Origin: a virus
Virus record (IMG/VR): IMGVR_UViG_3300008261_000018
Span: 21,175 to 85,174 of that record
Reading direction: 5' to 3' (one strand)
Length of the DNA: 64,000 nt
In this document: piece after piece, positions 37,695-46,865 of the stretch
Position numbering within the stretch: the first letter of the stretch is position 1
Layout: the number at the start of each line of letters is the position of its first letter
Program-made: the position numbers and the translations under genes
The notes under the pieces: model-generated
The model's database searches: none
Told to the model about the DNA's origin: nothing
The model's input: only the letters and a program-made list of their open reading frames with translations

Positions 37695-38408
37695 TTGGAC
37701 GCGGCGGATGTCCGAGGCCTCCTGGGCCTACTCCTCCCTGACGGCAGCCTTGTCCCATATCGCAGTCCAGCAGGGGGTTACATCCAGCTGACGCTGACTG
37801 CTGGGGTTTCTGAGTCCGCATTTCTCGAGGACAAGGTCGCCGAATTTCGGCAATTCATCTCGACTTCGGCCGAAATTATTCCCTACAAGACGCGCCCCCG
37901 CGCCAACGGCAAGACGACCGAGGTGCTGCGCTTTCGGGTCTCGACCAACAAGCTGCGCCCTGTTTACAACCTTCTCTACCCGGGCGGCGAACGGCAAATC
38001 ACTCAGAACGCTCTGGATCTCCTGGGCGCCAAGGCTGCCGCGTGGTGCTGGGCCGAAGGAGCTCGGCTGAACCGTGATGGATCTTCGTGCCTAGCCCGCG
38101 TCGGTAACTCCGTCGATGAAGGACACATGGTGTCGTCGTGGATTGAAGTCCTCACCGGCGCACGCTCCGAGATCGAGGGAGAACTGATCAAGCCAAGGCT
38201 TCGTTTTGATGCCGAACAGACCCGCAAGATCCGGGAGTCCTTGGCTCCCTACGCACCGCCCAGTCGTCAACACCTTTTCACCGGAGAGCAGTGGGATGTC
38301 CACTCAATTCGTAGCGCGCGTACTGAGCTACAGCATCGGCAAGGGGAAAATTGCTCTCAAGGGGAGCCGCAAGAGGCCCTGGCTGGAACTCAAGCGACCC
38401 GAGACTGA
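37695..38408 (+). CDS. free-standing LAGLIDADG_2-like homing endonuclease
   Basis: GLLGLLLPDGSL (motif 1), LYP.G..QIT…LDLLG..AAAWCWAEG (motif 2). Confidence 0.75.
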   Translation: MDAADVRGLLGLLLPDGSLVPYRSPAGGYIQLTLTAGVSESAFLEDKVAEFRQFISTSAEIIPYKTRPRANGKTTEVLRFRVSTNKLRPVYNLLYPGGERQITQNALDLLGAKAAAWCWAEGARLNRDGSSCLARVGNSVDEGHMVSSWIEVLTGARSEIEGELIKPRLRFDAEQTRKIRESLAPYAPPSRQHLFTGEQWDVHSIRSARTELQHRQGENCSQGEPQEALAGTQATRD

Positions 38409-38874
38409 GCGCGCGTATCTCGGTTCCCAGGTCTACCAGCTACGCAAACTCCATCCCGGGGAGCTCGAGATCTTCTGGGACCGAGTGCCAACCGAGGGTT
38501 TCTACGACCTCGATCGAGCCAGGATTCAAAGCGATGAACTCTGGCGCGCCTACGAGCTCCTCTACCCCCGCGACAAATTCACGCTGTCACCGACCGTGCT
38601 CGAGCTCACGGGGCTCCAGGGCGCTTGCGCGCTCTGGCTTGATCACGGCTCCTGGTATGGCCGAGCAGGGGAGATCACAGGGGGCTACAGCCCTCACGAG
38701 AAGAAGCTCATCGGTGAGTGGTTGACCTCTTTGGGTTTCGAGGCCGCGAACAAGCGCGTTGACAGCCGATGCCGCCTTTGCATCTCCCCTGATTCGATGC
38801 GCAAATTCATCCCGGCGATCCGCCCGCTCGTACACGCATCGATGCGTAGCAAGCTTCAACGTAAAAGGACCTAG
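38296..38874 (+). CDS. second LAGLIDADG_2-like protein, degenerate
   Basis: VLSYSIGKGKI (motif 1, D>K), YELLYP…LELTGLQGACALWLDHGS (motif 2), IRPLVH.SMR.KL. Confidence 0.7.
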   Translation: MSTQFVARVLSYSIGKGKIALKGSRKRPWLELKRPETERAYLGSQVYQLRKLHPGELEIFWDRVPTEGFYDLDRARIQSDELWRAYELLYPRDKFTLSPTVLELTGLQGACALWLDHGSWYGRAGEITGGYSPHEKKLIGEWLTSLGFEAANKRVDSRCRLCISPDSMRKFIPAIRPLVHASMRSKLQRKRT

Positions 38875-39167
38875 GCTGAATTCTGCCCCGAAGCAGAACT
38901 ACGTCAGGGGCCTCCAGGAGTTCGAGTTTTTGTAGTTTCCTCGTGGCGATTCCAGATCAGACGGAACAGCAGCAGCCCCCTCCCTCGCCCAATCCGAGCC
39001 AGCGCGGGGAGACCGACTACTGCATTGCCTCCGGCCTCAGGCGGAAGTTTCTCGATTACTGCTACGAAAATCCAGGCGCCGAGGAGTGCCGGATCTATGA
39101 CGTCTAGCCCACCTCGGAGGGCCTGAATCAATCTCTTAGACTGCATTCATCGCGATAGCCTCGCCAG

Positions 39168-39608
39168 ATGGCAGTCTTCAATAAACTGAATGGCTTTGTC
39201 GAGCATCTCAGCCTTGGCGTCCACAACCTGGCGACCAACCAGCTCGTCATCGCTCTAAGCAACGTCAACCCTACCGCCGAAGCGACTCCGCCGACCGGGA
39301 CGACCGCTAACTGCATCCTGGCCAATGTGACGCAGGTCTCATACACCAACCTAAGCAGCCGCAATATCACCACAACAAGCTCCGCGCAGTCGTCCGGAAC
39401 TTACAGGCTCGTTCTCGCAGACTTGACCCTTAATGCGACAGGGACCGTCGGCCCTTTCCGCTATGTCTACGTCTTCAATGACACTCCGACTTCCCCGGCG
39501 GACCCGTTGATTGGTTATTACGACTACGGCTCGTCGCTAACTCTCAGCAACGGCGAAAGTCTCACTATTGACTTCGATCAAGTGAACGGCGCCCTGACCC
39601 TCGCGTAA
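39168..39608 (+). CDS. virion/tail structural protein
   Basis: GPFRYVY.FNDT…[21 protein letters not shown]. Confidence 0.8.
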   Translation: MAVFNKLNGFVEHLSLGVHNLATNQLVIALSNVNPTAEATPPTGTTANCILANVTQVSYTNLSSRNITTTSSAQSSGTYRLVLADLTLNATGTVGPFRYVYVFNDTPTSPADPLIGYYDYGSSLTLSNGESLTIDFDQVNGALTLA

Positions 39609-39631
39609 ATCCTGACGCAGGGGGCGGGGCG

Positions 39632-41704
39632 ATGTCTATTTCTTTCATCTCAACTGCGGTTAGTTCCGCCACAACCCTTGCTCTCCCAGCGCATCAGGCA
39701 GGGGACGTCATCGTACTACTTGCCTACAACTCACTTAGTAGCACATATCCAACCATCCCGATCGCCTCGGGAACGGTCCCCGCTTGGTCCAATGTAACCA
39801 ATAATACGAGCGGAACCAGCGCGGGGCGACTGCTTTACGCGGTTGCCAGCAGTAGCTCGCATACCAGTGGCACCTGGACAAACGCTACCAGGCTCCTCGC
39901 AGTTGTTTACAGGGGCGCGTCGCGAATTTCTCAGGGGTCCGTCGCGACCGGCAGCGGGACTAGCCTCTTCCATCCCTCCCTGACCCCATCCGAGGGGGCC
40001 GCTGGGAACAATATTGACGCAGTGCTCCGGGTATCCGCGCACAAGAGCGCAACCAACCTTAGCCAATCAGTTACCGGCTACACCTTCCGGAACGGTACAA
40101 GCAGTAGCACTGGCTCGACCGCCCTTCGTGATCAAGTCCAGTCCACAAGCTCTCTACCCAGCCTGTCCTTAAGTGTTAACGCGTCAAACTCTTATATAGC
40201 CTTTACTGCGATCCTTAGGGATAACAATAGACGGCTAATCGCCGACACGCGTAACTATGTCGCGGCAGGTGCCAATGCGGTCGTATTCAGGCCGCTACCA
40301 CCCTTCCCGGTCGATAGCAGCACGTATGCATTACTTGGTGGAGTCACCGAGTTCTCCCCTGGGGTCTTCTTCGACGGGGCGGCAGGTGTATTCGCGTGCA
40401 CGGGCAGTGACGCAACCCTTCGGTACAATCAAAACCTGCTGCACGCTACTCGGCAACGCTACCAGGCCGAAGGCCCTGCGGCGGTTCTTAACTTTACTCG
40501 CCGAATCTACGCCGATGGCGGCGTTTTCGGATTAAGTGGTGGCGTCGTCACCTACCCACGCGGATACTATCTCGATCCTCTTAGTGTCCCGTATAACGTC
40601 GTAGCCCCCGAAGCCTTTCTAAAGGCGTCACTCCGCTTCATCCTGCTTAGGGGCGCGTTCAGCGTCACTGGCCGCTCAAACGCTTTCTATCGCGGCTACA
40701 TCATTAACTCCAGCCCGGGCGCTTTCGCTGCAACCTGGTACGTCAGTCAGCTATATCTTTACGCTCGTGTCGTTGGTGTCTCCGCCTCCTACGAGGCCAA
40801 CTGGCCTGATACGCCATTAAAGCGTGCCTTAATTGGGCTTATTTCGAGTGGCACCTTTACCTGGACCCTCAACCAAAGCGGCTTCCAATTTACCCCTCCA
40901 GCGCCTGCAAGCGGCCAACCGCGACCACGCGCGCTGAATCCCTACGGCGGCAGTGACGACACCGGCGGATCTTTTGTCCGGCCTCAGTACGTCAAGTACA
41001 ACTCTGCTAGTAAAGCGAAGGATTTCGGCATCGTCAGTAACCTCTTCTCGATAGCGGAGGGTGAGCTGGGCGGTCAGGCGGGCTCGAACACCGCTTTCTA
41101 TAAGGTCGAGACCGATGGTCCCGCCCAGCTCTTTATCCAAAACAACACCGACTCCGCATTCACGAAGAACTACATTTCAGTCGGCGTCCTGGATTCAACC
41201 CGCAAGCCACTATCGCTTACCCCTCAAGGCTTCGCATATCTAAACGACAATGCGGCGACTCCAGCCCTCGAGTCAGCGGAATCCCTCCCGCCTGGGATCT
41301 ATTACTTCACCATCTCCTGCAATCAGTGGCAAGCCATACCTTTCACTGTGACCATGCAGGTCATTCGCTTTAAGCCATTGATCGGTGCGGCAGGTGGAAC
41401 CTTCGCCCCCTATGGACGGTTCGCCCAGGCCAAACTCTTCAGCGTTGCGACGCTGACCGCCCCATTCACGGGTACCATTCCTCCAGATAGCGCTATTGAT
41501 CGGCTGTCTGGCGTGGCAACAGTGACTGCGACTCCCTTGCTGTCATTGGCAATTATGCGTGGCGCCGCAGTTGGAACAATGGTTCCTTACGGCAGGCTCA
41601 AGCAGACTCATCGCATCTCGGGTACTGCAATTGGCAATGGGAACAGCATCGCCACCCTGAGCTCCATACCCCCCTATGGCGGTGGCTATGGCGGCGGCTA
41701 TTAG
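39632..41704 (+). CDS. tail fibre/spike-like structural protein
   Basis: 690 aa, Ser/Thr-rich; LPAHQAGD and repeated beta segments. Confidence 0.75.
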   Translation: MSISFISTAVSSATTLALPAHQAGDVIVLLAYNSLSSTYPTIPIASGTVPAWSNVTNNTSGTSAGRLLYAVASSSSHTSGTWTNATRLLAVVYRGASRISQGSVATGSGTSLFHPSLTPSEGAAGNNIDAVLRVSAHKSATNLSQSVTGYTFRNGTSSSTGSTALRDQVQSTSSLPSLSLSVNASNSYIAFTAILRDNNRRLIADTRNYVAAGANAVVFRPLPPFPVDSSTYALLGGVTEFSPGVFFDGAAGVFACTGSDATLRYNQNLLHATRQRYQAEGPAAVLNFTRRIYADGGVFGLSGGVVTYPRGYYLDPLSVPYNVVAPEAFLKASLRFILLRGAFSVTGRSNAFYRGYIINSSPGAFAATWYVSQLYLYARVVGVSASYEANWPDTPLKRALIGLISSGTFTWTLNQSGFQFTPPAPASGQPRPRALNPYGGSDDTGGSFVRPQYVKYNSASKAKDFGIVSNLFSIAEGELGGQAGSNTAFYKVETDGPAQLFIQNNTDSAFTKNYISVGVLDSTRKPLSLTPQGFAYLNDNAATPALESAESLPPGIYYFTISCNQWQAIPFTVTMQVIRFKPLIGAAGGTFAPYGRFAQAKLFSVATLTAPFTGTIPPDSAIDRLSGVATVTATPLLSLAIMRGAAVGTMVPYGRLKQTHRISGTAIGNGNSIATLSSIPPYGGGYGGGY

Positions 41705-41756
41705 AACTAGCCGGCTTCAAGAACTTGCCAGAATGGTTCAGTAGAGAAGTAAGTCC

Positions 41757-42179
41757 ATGGCGTTCTCGCAGTATTTTGCAACCCAGGTATTGAACTGGGT
41801 CAAGGGATCTCCGTTTCCTACTGCGCTATCGAATGTCTACGTGTCCTTGCACACCGGCGATCCCGGCTCGGCTGGCACATCGAATGATGTAACCGGCACC
41901 ATCAAAGGCAGTGCAACCCGGACTACTGTCTCGAGCGCAGCATTTACCGCCGTCGCATCTGCATCGGGCGGCGGCTTCGAGATCACTAACACTGGCGTGG
42001 TGCAGATCACAACCAGTGCCGTGAATACAACAACTCAGACCGTTACGCATTTCGGTATTTGGGATGCCGCAACTGGCGGCAACTTCCTCGCCTCTGGTGC
42101 ACTGACAACCTCTGTCGGTGTCCAGCTTGGTGACACCGTTCAATTCAATATCGGCGCCATGGCCGTGCGTGTGATCTGA
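41757..42179 (+). CDS. phage tail protein
   Basis: YVSLHTGDPG..GT…VTHFGIWDAATGGNFL..G.L. Confidence 0.85.
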   Translation: MAFSQYFATQVLNWVKGSPFPTALSNVYVSLHTGDPGSAGTSNDVTGTIKGSATRTTVSSAAFTAVASASGGGFEITNTGVVQITTSAVNTTTQTVTHFGIWDAATGGNFLASGALTTSVGVQLGDTVQFNIGAMAVRVI

Positions 42180-42313
42180 TGGCTAAGGTCAAGAAAAGCC
42201 CAACCGGCGCCATCCACAAGGAGCCAGTCGAGAAGATCACGCGCCAGGGAAACGGTCGACGCAGTCGCGCCAGTCACGGCCGCAAGCTGCGTCGCGGTCA
42301 AGGGAAGGGCTGA
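42179..42313 (+). CDS. small very basic protein (44 aa)
   Basis: MAKVKKSP…TRQGNGRRSRASHGRKLRRGQGKG; TGATG coupling. Confidence 0.7.
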   Translation: MAKVKKSPTGAIHKEPVEKITRQGNGRRSRASHGRKLRRGQGKG

Positions 42314-42327
42314 GAGTCTCGCCCTCC

Positions 42328-43494
42328 TTAGTAATTCCAGACAGTCGCCGGCTTCACGCCCGCCCGGGCATGGAAACACCCGCCATTCCTGGTGTCGATA
42401 TGGATAAAGCCCTTGGGGCGCCCATCGCCATACCCGCCACTCCAGCGTTGAATCAGCCAGCGGTGGAAGTTCTCGAGTGATTCACCGATCGGATAAATAT
42501 CGAGCGCCATGCCCTTTGTGTGGTACGAACCAGGGACGCCACCAACTTGTCGATTGATTGGCTCAGGCCTGTAACCGCTAGTCACACCCAATGGTCCGTC
42601 CCAGCTCTTGCGAATGGCGTCGAACTCCTTGCAGATCTTGATGATCTCTTTTTCTTCCTGGCTCCCCGCCTTTGGCTTACGCCTCGCGTCGTACTGAAGC
42701 ACTTCGCCAACGGTGATATATTCGCCAACGCGCGCACCGAAATCTCCCCAGTTGATGGCGGTTGTTGGCGCTAAGCCAGGCTTGGCTGTTTCCTCTCGCC
42801 AGTGAGGCAGGAAGAGCACCCATTTTTCCGTACCTCCATTCAAGGTGACCCAGGCATGGGAATCAGCCGGGATCTCTTCGACTCGACTGATCGCAAGGGA
42901 TTCGCCCTCAGCGAAGCTTCTCTTGCCGAGATCGGACAGATAACGGCTCTCGATTGTGGCTTTCTTTAGGTATGTCTGCTGCGTTGCAATGAATTTCATG
43001 ATCCCATCTGATTCAGCATTCCACAATTTTGCTTCCGCCTTGCGACGGTTGACCAGCCCTGGCAGCGCTCTGCCGCCTGCCTTGACATACAGCTCGAGCG
43101 CATTGCTCATCTGCTGATAGATCTCAGGCCTCGCCGCTCCATCGCGCAATACACGGCTAATCGTCTCGAAGCCCGGAGCGCCGTAGAACGAAGCGCCCAA
43201 GTTCCAAGCAAAACTCAGTAGCGCCGCTTGCCGGTTCGGCCCGAGCTCATTCCAGCGCGGGATCACTTCCAGCTTCGGCAGGAATTCTTTCTCCAGCATC
43301 ACCTGCAAGTAGGACCTGCAGACATCGCCCTTGCAGACATCGCCCATCCTGACCGGTGTTCCGTTTGGATACCGAGTCAATCCAGCGCAGATTGTCGGGA
43401 TCCCCACTGGATCGAGGTAGGCCTCAAGCTCAATTCCCTCGAACCGCTCGATCTCTCGAACGGCTATTGCCATCGTTTCAGGATGGATCGCCAT
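42328..43494 (-). CDS. endolysin: GH24 lysozyme plus M15_3 peptidase
   Basis: FEG…AYLDPVGIPTI, ALLSFAWNLG, GLVNRR.AE; TSGYR…N..VGG..SYHTKGMALD…FIHID. Confidence 0.92.
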   Translation of the reverse strand: MAIHPETMAIAVREIERFEGIELEAYLDPVGIPTICAGLTRYPNGTPVRMGDVCKGDVCRSYLQVMLEKEFLPKLEVIPRWNELGPNRQAALLSFAWNLGASFYGAPGFETISRVLRDGAARPEIYQQMSNALELYVKAGGRALPGLVNRRKAEAKLWNAESDGIMKFIATQQTYLKKATIESRYLSDLGKRSFAEGESLAISRVEEIPADSHAWVTLNGGTEKWVLFLPHWREETAKPGLAPTTAINWGDFGARVGEYITVGEVLQYDARRKPKAGSQEEKEIIKICKEFDAIRKSWDGPLGVTSGYRPEPINRQVGGVPGSYHTKGMALDIYPIGESLENFHRWLIQRWSGGYGDGRPKGFIHIDTRNGGCFHARAGVKPATVWNY

Positions 43495-43717
43495 AGATGT
43501 CCGCGAATCTCTTGGTCACATGCGGAGCCGGCTCGCGCCCCTGCGCAATATCTGTTGCCACCTGCTCGGCCGCGTTGTCGCTGTAGCCCTTTGACTTCAA
43601 TAGTGCATACGCCTGGAAGAATGCATCCAGTGCATCATCTGCCGGGGCCGCCCGATTACCAGCAAAACGCCCTGCCAGCGCAGAGAAAATCTCATCGCTA
43701 CCGGCAAGGCGCATCAA
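43478..43717 (-). CDS. hypothetical protein
   Basis: 79 aa; RLAG and RFAG motifs. Confidence 0.7.
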   Translation of the reverse strand: MMRLAGSDEIFSALAGRFAGNRAAPADDALDAFFQAYALLKSKGYSDNAAEQVATDIAQGREPAPHVTKRFADIYGDPS

Positions 43718-43751
43718 GGTTTATGCAGATGACTACATCGTAGTCAGCAAT

Positions 43752-44096
43752 TCAGCGGTAGATCAGAGCCATCAGATCCTCAGGGCCCATGCCCGTCTTT
43801 TGCATGGTCTGCGCTAGGGCCATCTTGTTCTGACCGAGGCCAGCCATCTTTGATACCTCAGCTGCGGTGTACATCGCCAAGGCGTTTGCCTTCGCTTCAG
43901 CAGTACTTTGATCCATCTCGGTTGCACGAGCACTGTCCTGGATCCCAGCCATCAATTGACGGGGCTCCTCTTCAGCTCGAAGTGCATCCTTGGAGCGCTG
44001 CACCTGCAGTGCCACAGGGACCTGCAAAGTTGCAGATGAGTTAGGTGCCGCATTCAACGCCATCGCGTCGATGTTGGCATGACGAGGCAGCATCAT
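43752..44096 (-). CDS. hypothetical protein
   Basis: 114 aa, Ala/Met-rich. Confidence 0.7.
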   Translation of the reverse strand: MMLPRHANIDAMALNAAPNSSATLQVPVALQVQRSKDALRAEEEPRQLMAGIQDSARATEMDQSTAEAKANALAMYTAAEVSKMAGLGQNKMALAQTMQKTGMGPEDLMALIYR

Positions 44097-44100
44097 GATG

Positions 44101-44122
44101 AAAAGCCCCGCCGTAGCGGGGC
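44101..44122 (-). terminator. rho-independent terminator
   Basis: GCCCCGC-tacg-GCGGGGC TTTT after the scaffold gene. Confidence 0.75.
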
Positions 44123-44131
44123 GCGAATGAA

Positions 44132-45121
44132 TCAGGCTTCCGAGATCAGCAGCTTGCTGCGCAGCGCCTCAGGGGAGGCCTGGCTCAGCATCTGCCACGC
44201 AGCGGCGGGATTGCGCTCGCTAATGGCGGAGAACATGCCCCAGAAATCATCACCCTCGCTGGCCTGAACGCCAGGGGCGGGGATGTCCATCTGAGGGCGC
44301 TGGAACACAGGAGCGCTGCTGTAGCGAGCCTCGTTTGCGTACACCTCGGCGGCCAAACGATCCTCTGCCGTCTCGGTCGGATAGGGACCTTCGGGGCCGA
44401 AGAACTCGTTGACGTACTCGGCCAACAGATCAGGATCGGTCAGCATGGTGTGGTACGCCGCATTGTCTTCTGCGGCGGAGTTGATCACCAGCTTTGCGGC
44501 TTCCAGCGATTCAGCCAGCTGCTCAACCTGCTGCATCACCTGGGCAGTTTGAGTTGCCTGGGCGAGCAGAGCATCCTCTACGACGCAGGCGTAGCGGTTC
44601 AGAAGCGCAGGGGCCTCAAGACCAAAGTGCTCGAGAACCTCAAGACTTTCGTTGCTGACGCTTTCGAGATACCCGTCGCTCGCGCTCGCCGTTGCGGCGT
44701 TGTTCCAAGTCGGCGCCTGTTGATACGTCGCCTGGGAATAAGCCTGCGTTTGAGGGAGCGGCGAAATCGGCGTCCCCGAAACGGAAGGTGCTGCCTGGTA
44801 GCTGGCTGCTTGCTGCCAATAGGCTTCCGGGGAGGGAGCCGCCTGTTGGATCGGCGCCGAGTAAGGCACCTGCGATTGGGAGTTCCGCGTCGCGCTCAGG
44901 CTTTCGCTCAGCCGGTTGAACGCCTCCTGCCAGGGATTGGCCTGCGCCGCCGGAGCCTGCTGGTAAGCCGGTTCCGCTTGTGGCGCCGTAGCTGTCGGGT
45001 ACGAAGCTGGGGCGCTCTGGGCCGGCGCTGGCTGGTAAGCCACGGTCGACGCGGGTACGCTCGACGTCATCGAGGGCTGCGGGGTCACCGGAGCCTGTGT
45101 CATCACTGTACTGTCCTGCAT
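44132..45121 (-). CDS. putative capsid scaffolding protein
   Basis: Pro/Gln/Ala-rich disordered N-terminal half and helical acidic C-terminal half; follows the portal. Confidence 0.7.
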   Translation of the reverse strand: MQDSTVMTQAPVTPQPSMTSSVPASTVAYQPAPAQSAPASYPTATAPQAEPAYQQAPAAQANPWQEAFNRLSESLSATRNSQSQVPYSAPIQQAAPSPEAYWQQAASYQAAPSVSGTPISPLPQTQAYSQATYQQAPTWNNAATASASDGYLESVSNESLEVLEHFGLEAPALLNRYACVVEDALLAQATQTAQVMQQVEQLAESLEAAKLVINSAAEDNAAYHTMLTDPDLLAEYVNEFFGPEGPYPTETAEDRLAAEVYANEARYSSAPVFQRPQMDIPAPGVQASEGDDFWGMFSAISERNPAAAWQMLSQASPEALRSKLLISEA

Positions 45122-46856
45122 AGGTCAGCTCACGTTTCAAGAAGTCCAGGGCTCGGTAGACGTAGGGCGTCAAATCGAGCTGAGGGTCCGCAAGCAGCGG
45201 TAGGTCAGGAGCTTGCGGGTGGGGTGTCTGTCGCATCGTTTGAATGAGCGACAGGAATGTGCCAATGCTTTGTTGCGTGGCTTGCGCCATCCGGAATGGA
45301 TAGCCACTGAGCATTGCGCTGCGCTCTTCATCCGTTTTGTCGGGGAAGAGATACCTGAGGGCCTCGATGCTGTTGACACCGAGTTCCTGCAGGTTGCGCA
45401 CAACAATGCTTGCATTCAGTATATCTTCTGCGGAATCCTCGAAGACTGGCCCCTGCCAACGCCACTCGATGCGTCGATCTCCGTCGGGGATCAAACCAAC
45501 TACACCTGGTGGCAGTTGCCGAGCTTGGACCGCCTCAGCGATACTCGCTTCCAGCTTCTGTTTGTATTCCGCAAGGGTTGCTTCGTAGGCCTGCATAGCC
45601 ACACCGAAGTCTTCACGATTCTGGAATTCCTCCCGAATTGGAGCCTGGGGCTTTTCTATGCCCATAGCCGCTGAGAACGAATCACGGAAGATCTGCTCTT
45701 CGTGATAGATAATCAGGGCCAGCAGCTTGCACAAGCCGTAAGTCAGAAGGCCACGGCAGCGGCGCTTGGCTGTCGTAGCAGCTCGCCCGTAGAGAGATTT
45801 GATCTCATAGGCGGTTGCCCCGGTCGAAACACCGAGCTCGTCAACACCGCCAAGAGCTGTGCGAATCTCCTCGCGGTACTGGCGTGCATACAGATTCTGG
45901 TCACCAGAGACGGCATCGGGCGTGACGTAGAGCAGGCGATCAGTCGGCTCGACATTGGCGATGATGCGCGGCACTTTCAGCCCGCCGCCACCGCCACCGC
46001 CGTACGGCTGGCTGACTCGAGTGGATGGACGGTTGCCGGCATAGAAGCCGCCCTGGGAGCTAATTGTCGGGCGGGTCATTTCTTCGTCGCCCGATTCGAC
46101 CAGGTCCTGCTTGGGACGGCTGGAAACGAGCGTCGGGTTTCCGAAGAAGTGGATATTCGTGCGGATGTTCTTGACCAGATCATCGTGCGTCACGATCTGA
46201 TCAGCCAACCAGTCAAACTCACCCGTGGCATCCATGCCCGTTGAGCGCATCGTGTTGAATGCCTCAACCGCCGGAATAAAGCCCAAGCTGTTGATCAGCG
46301 TCCGGGTTTGCCCGGCCGACAGCATGCCTGCGCTGAATGCGGAATCAAACGACGGCTTTTCCGTACTGATCGTTTCTTTGATTTCGTCTCGCTTAATCCG
46401 CAGCTTGACGTAGCGGGTTGAACCACCATCGGCACCTGGCATTGACAGCACACCAAGTCCGTCCCGCACGGTGAACGAGTAGATCAGCTCGACTTCCTCG
46501 AGTTGACCGCTCGCGTCGTAATACGCCCTGTAGTTCTCCTTGCTGAACCACATCAGCCGATAGGTATCCCTGATCGGCCTGAAATAAAACAATCCCTTGC
46601 CGTCGATCAGAAAATCATCGACGATCCCCTCGAGTCGACAGTCGATTTCGTTCTCGACGATCAGCTGATCGAGGAACTTCTTGCGAAAACCAAACGTGTC
46701 CTGAGACGGGTAGAACTCGACACCTTGACGCAGCATGAACATCTTCATCTGCGAGAGATGACTGTTCACGATCATCGTGTCGGTACCACTCGTACCGTCA
46801 CGCTTGCGCGCGGCTTCCAGGATCCGACGGAAGCGCTCGTTCGTAGCCTGTCTCAT
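44640..46856 (-). CDS. portal protein
   Basis: Directly after terL; size and helical composition fit; overlaps the scaffold gene by 482 nt. Confidence 0.75.
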   Translation of the reverse strand: MRQATNERFRRILEAARKRDGTSGTDTMIVNSHLSQMKMFMLRQGVEFYPSQDTFGFRKKFLDQLIVENEIDCRLEGIVDDFLIDGKGLFYFRPIRDTYRLMWFSKENYRAYYDASGQLEEVELIYSFTVRDGLGVLSMPGADGGSTRYVKLRIKRDEIKETISTEKPSFDSAFSAGMLSAGQTRTLINSLGFIPAVEAFNTMRSTGMDATGEFDWLADQIVTHDDLVKNIRTNIHFFGNPTLVSSRPKQDLVESGDEEMTRPTISSQGGFYAGNRPSTRVSQPYGGGGGGGLKVPRIIANVEPTDRLLYVTPDAVSGDQNLYARQYREEIRTALGGVDELGVSTGATAYEIKSLYGRAATTAKRRCRGLLTYGLCKLLALIIYHEEQIFRDSFSAAMGIEKPQAPIREEFQNREDFGVAMQAYEATLAEYKQKLEASIAEAVQARQLPPGVVGLIPDGDRRIEWRWQGPVFEDSAEDILNASIVVRNLQELGVNSIEALRYLFPDKTDEERSAMLSGYPFRMAQATQQSIGTFLSLIQTMRQTPHPQAPDLPLLADPQLDLTPYVYRALDFLKRELTYAGQYSDDTGSGDPAALDDVERTRVDRGLPASAGPERPSFVPDSYGATSGTGLPAGSGGAGQSLAGGVQPAERKPERDAELPIAGALLGADPTGGSLPGSLLAASSQLPGSTFRFGDADFAAPSNAGLFPGDVSTGADLEQRRNGERERRVSRKRQQRKS

Positions 46857-46865
46857 TGGTCTATC

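Noticed and set aside
38904-39146. 80-aa - strand ORF
   Set aside because: No motif, opposite to both flanking genes, and overlaps the promoter region of the 39168 gene.
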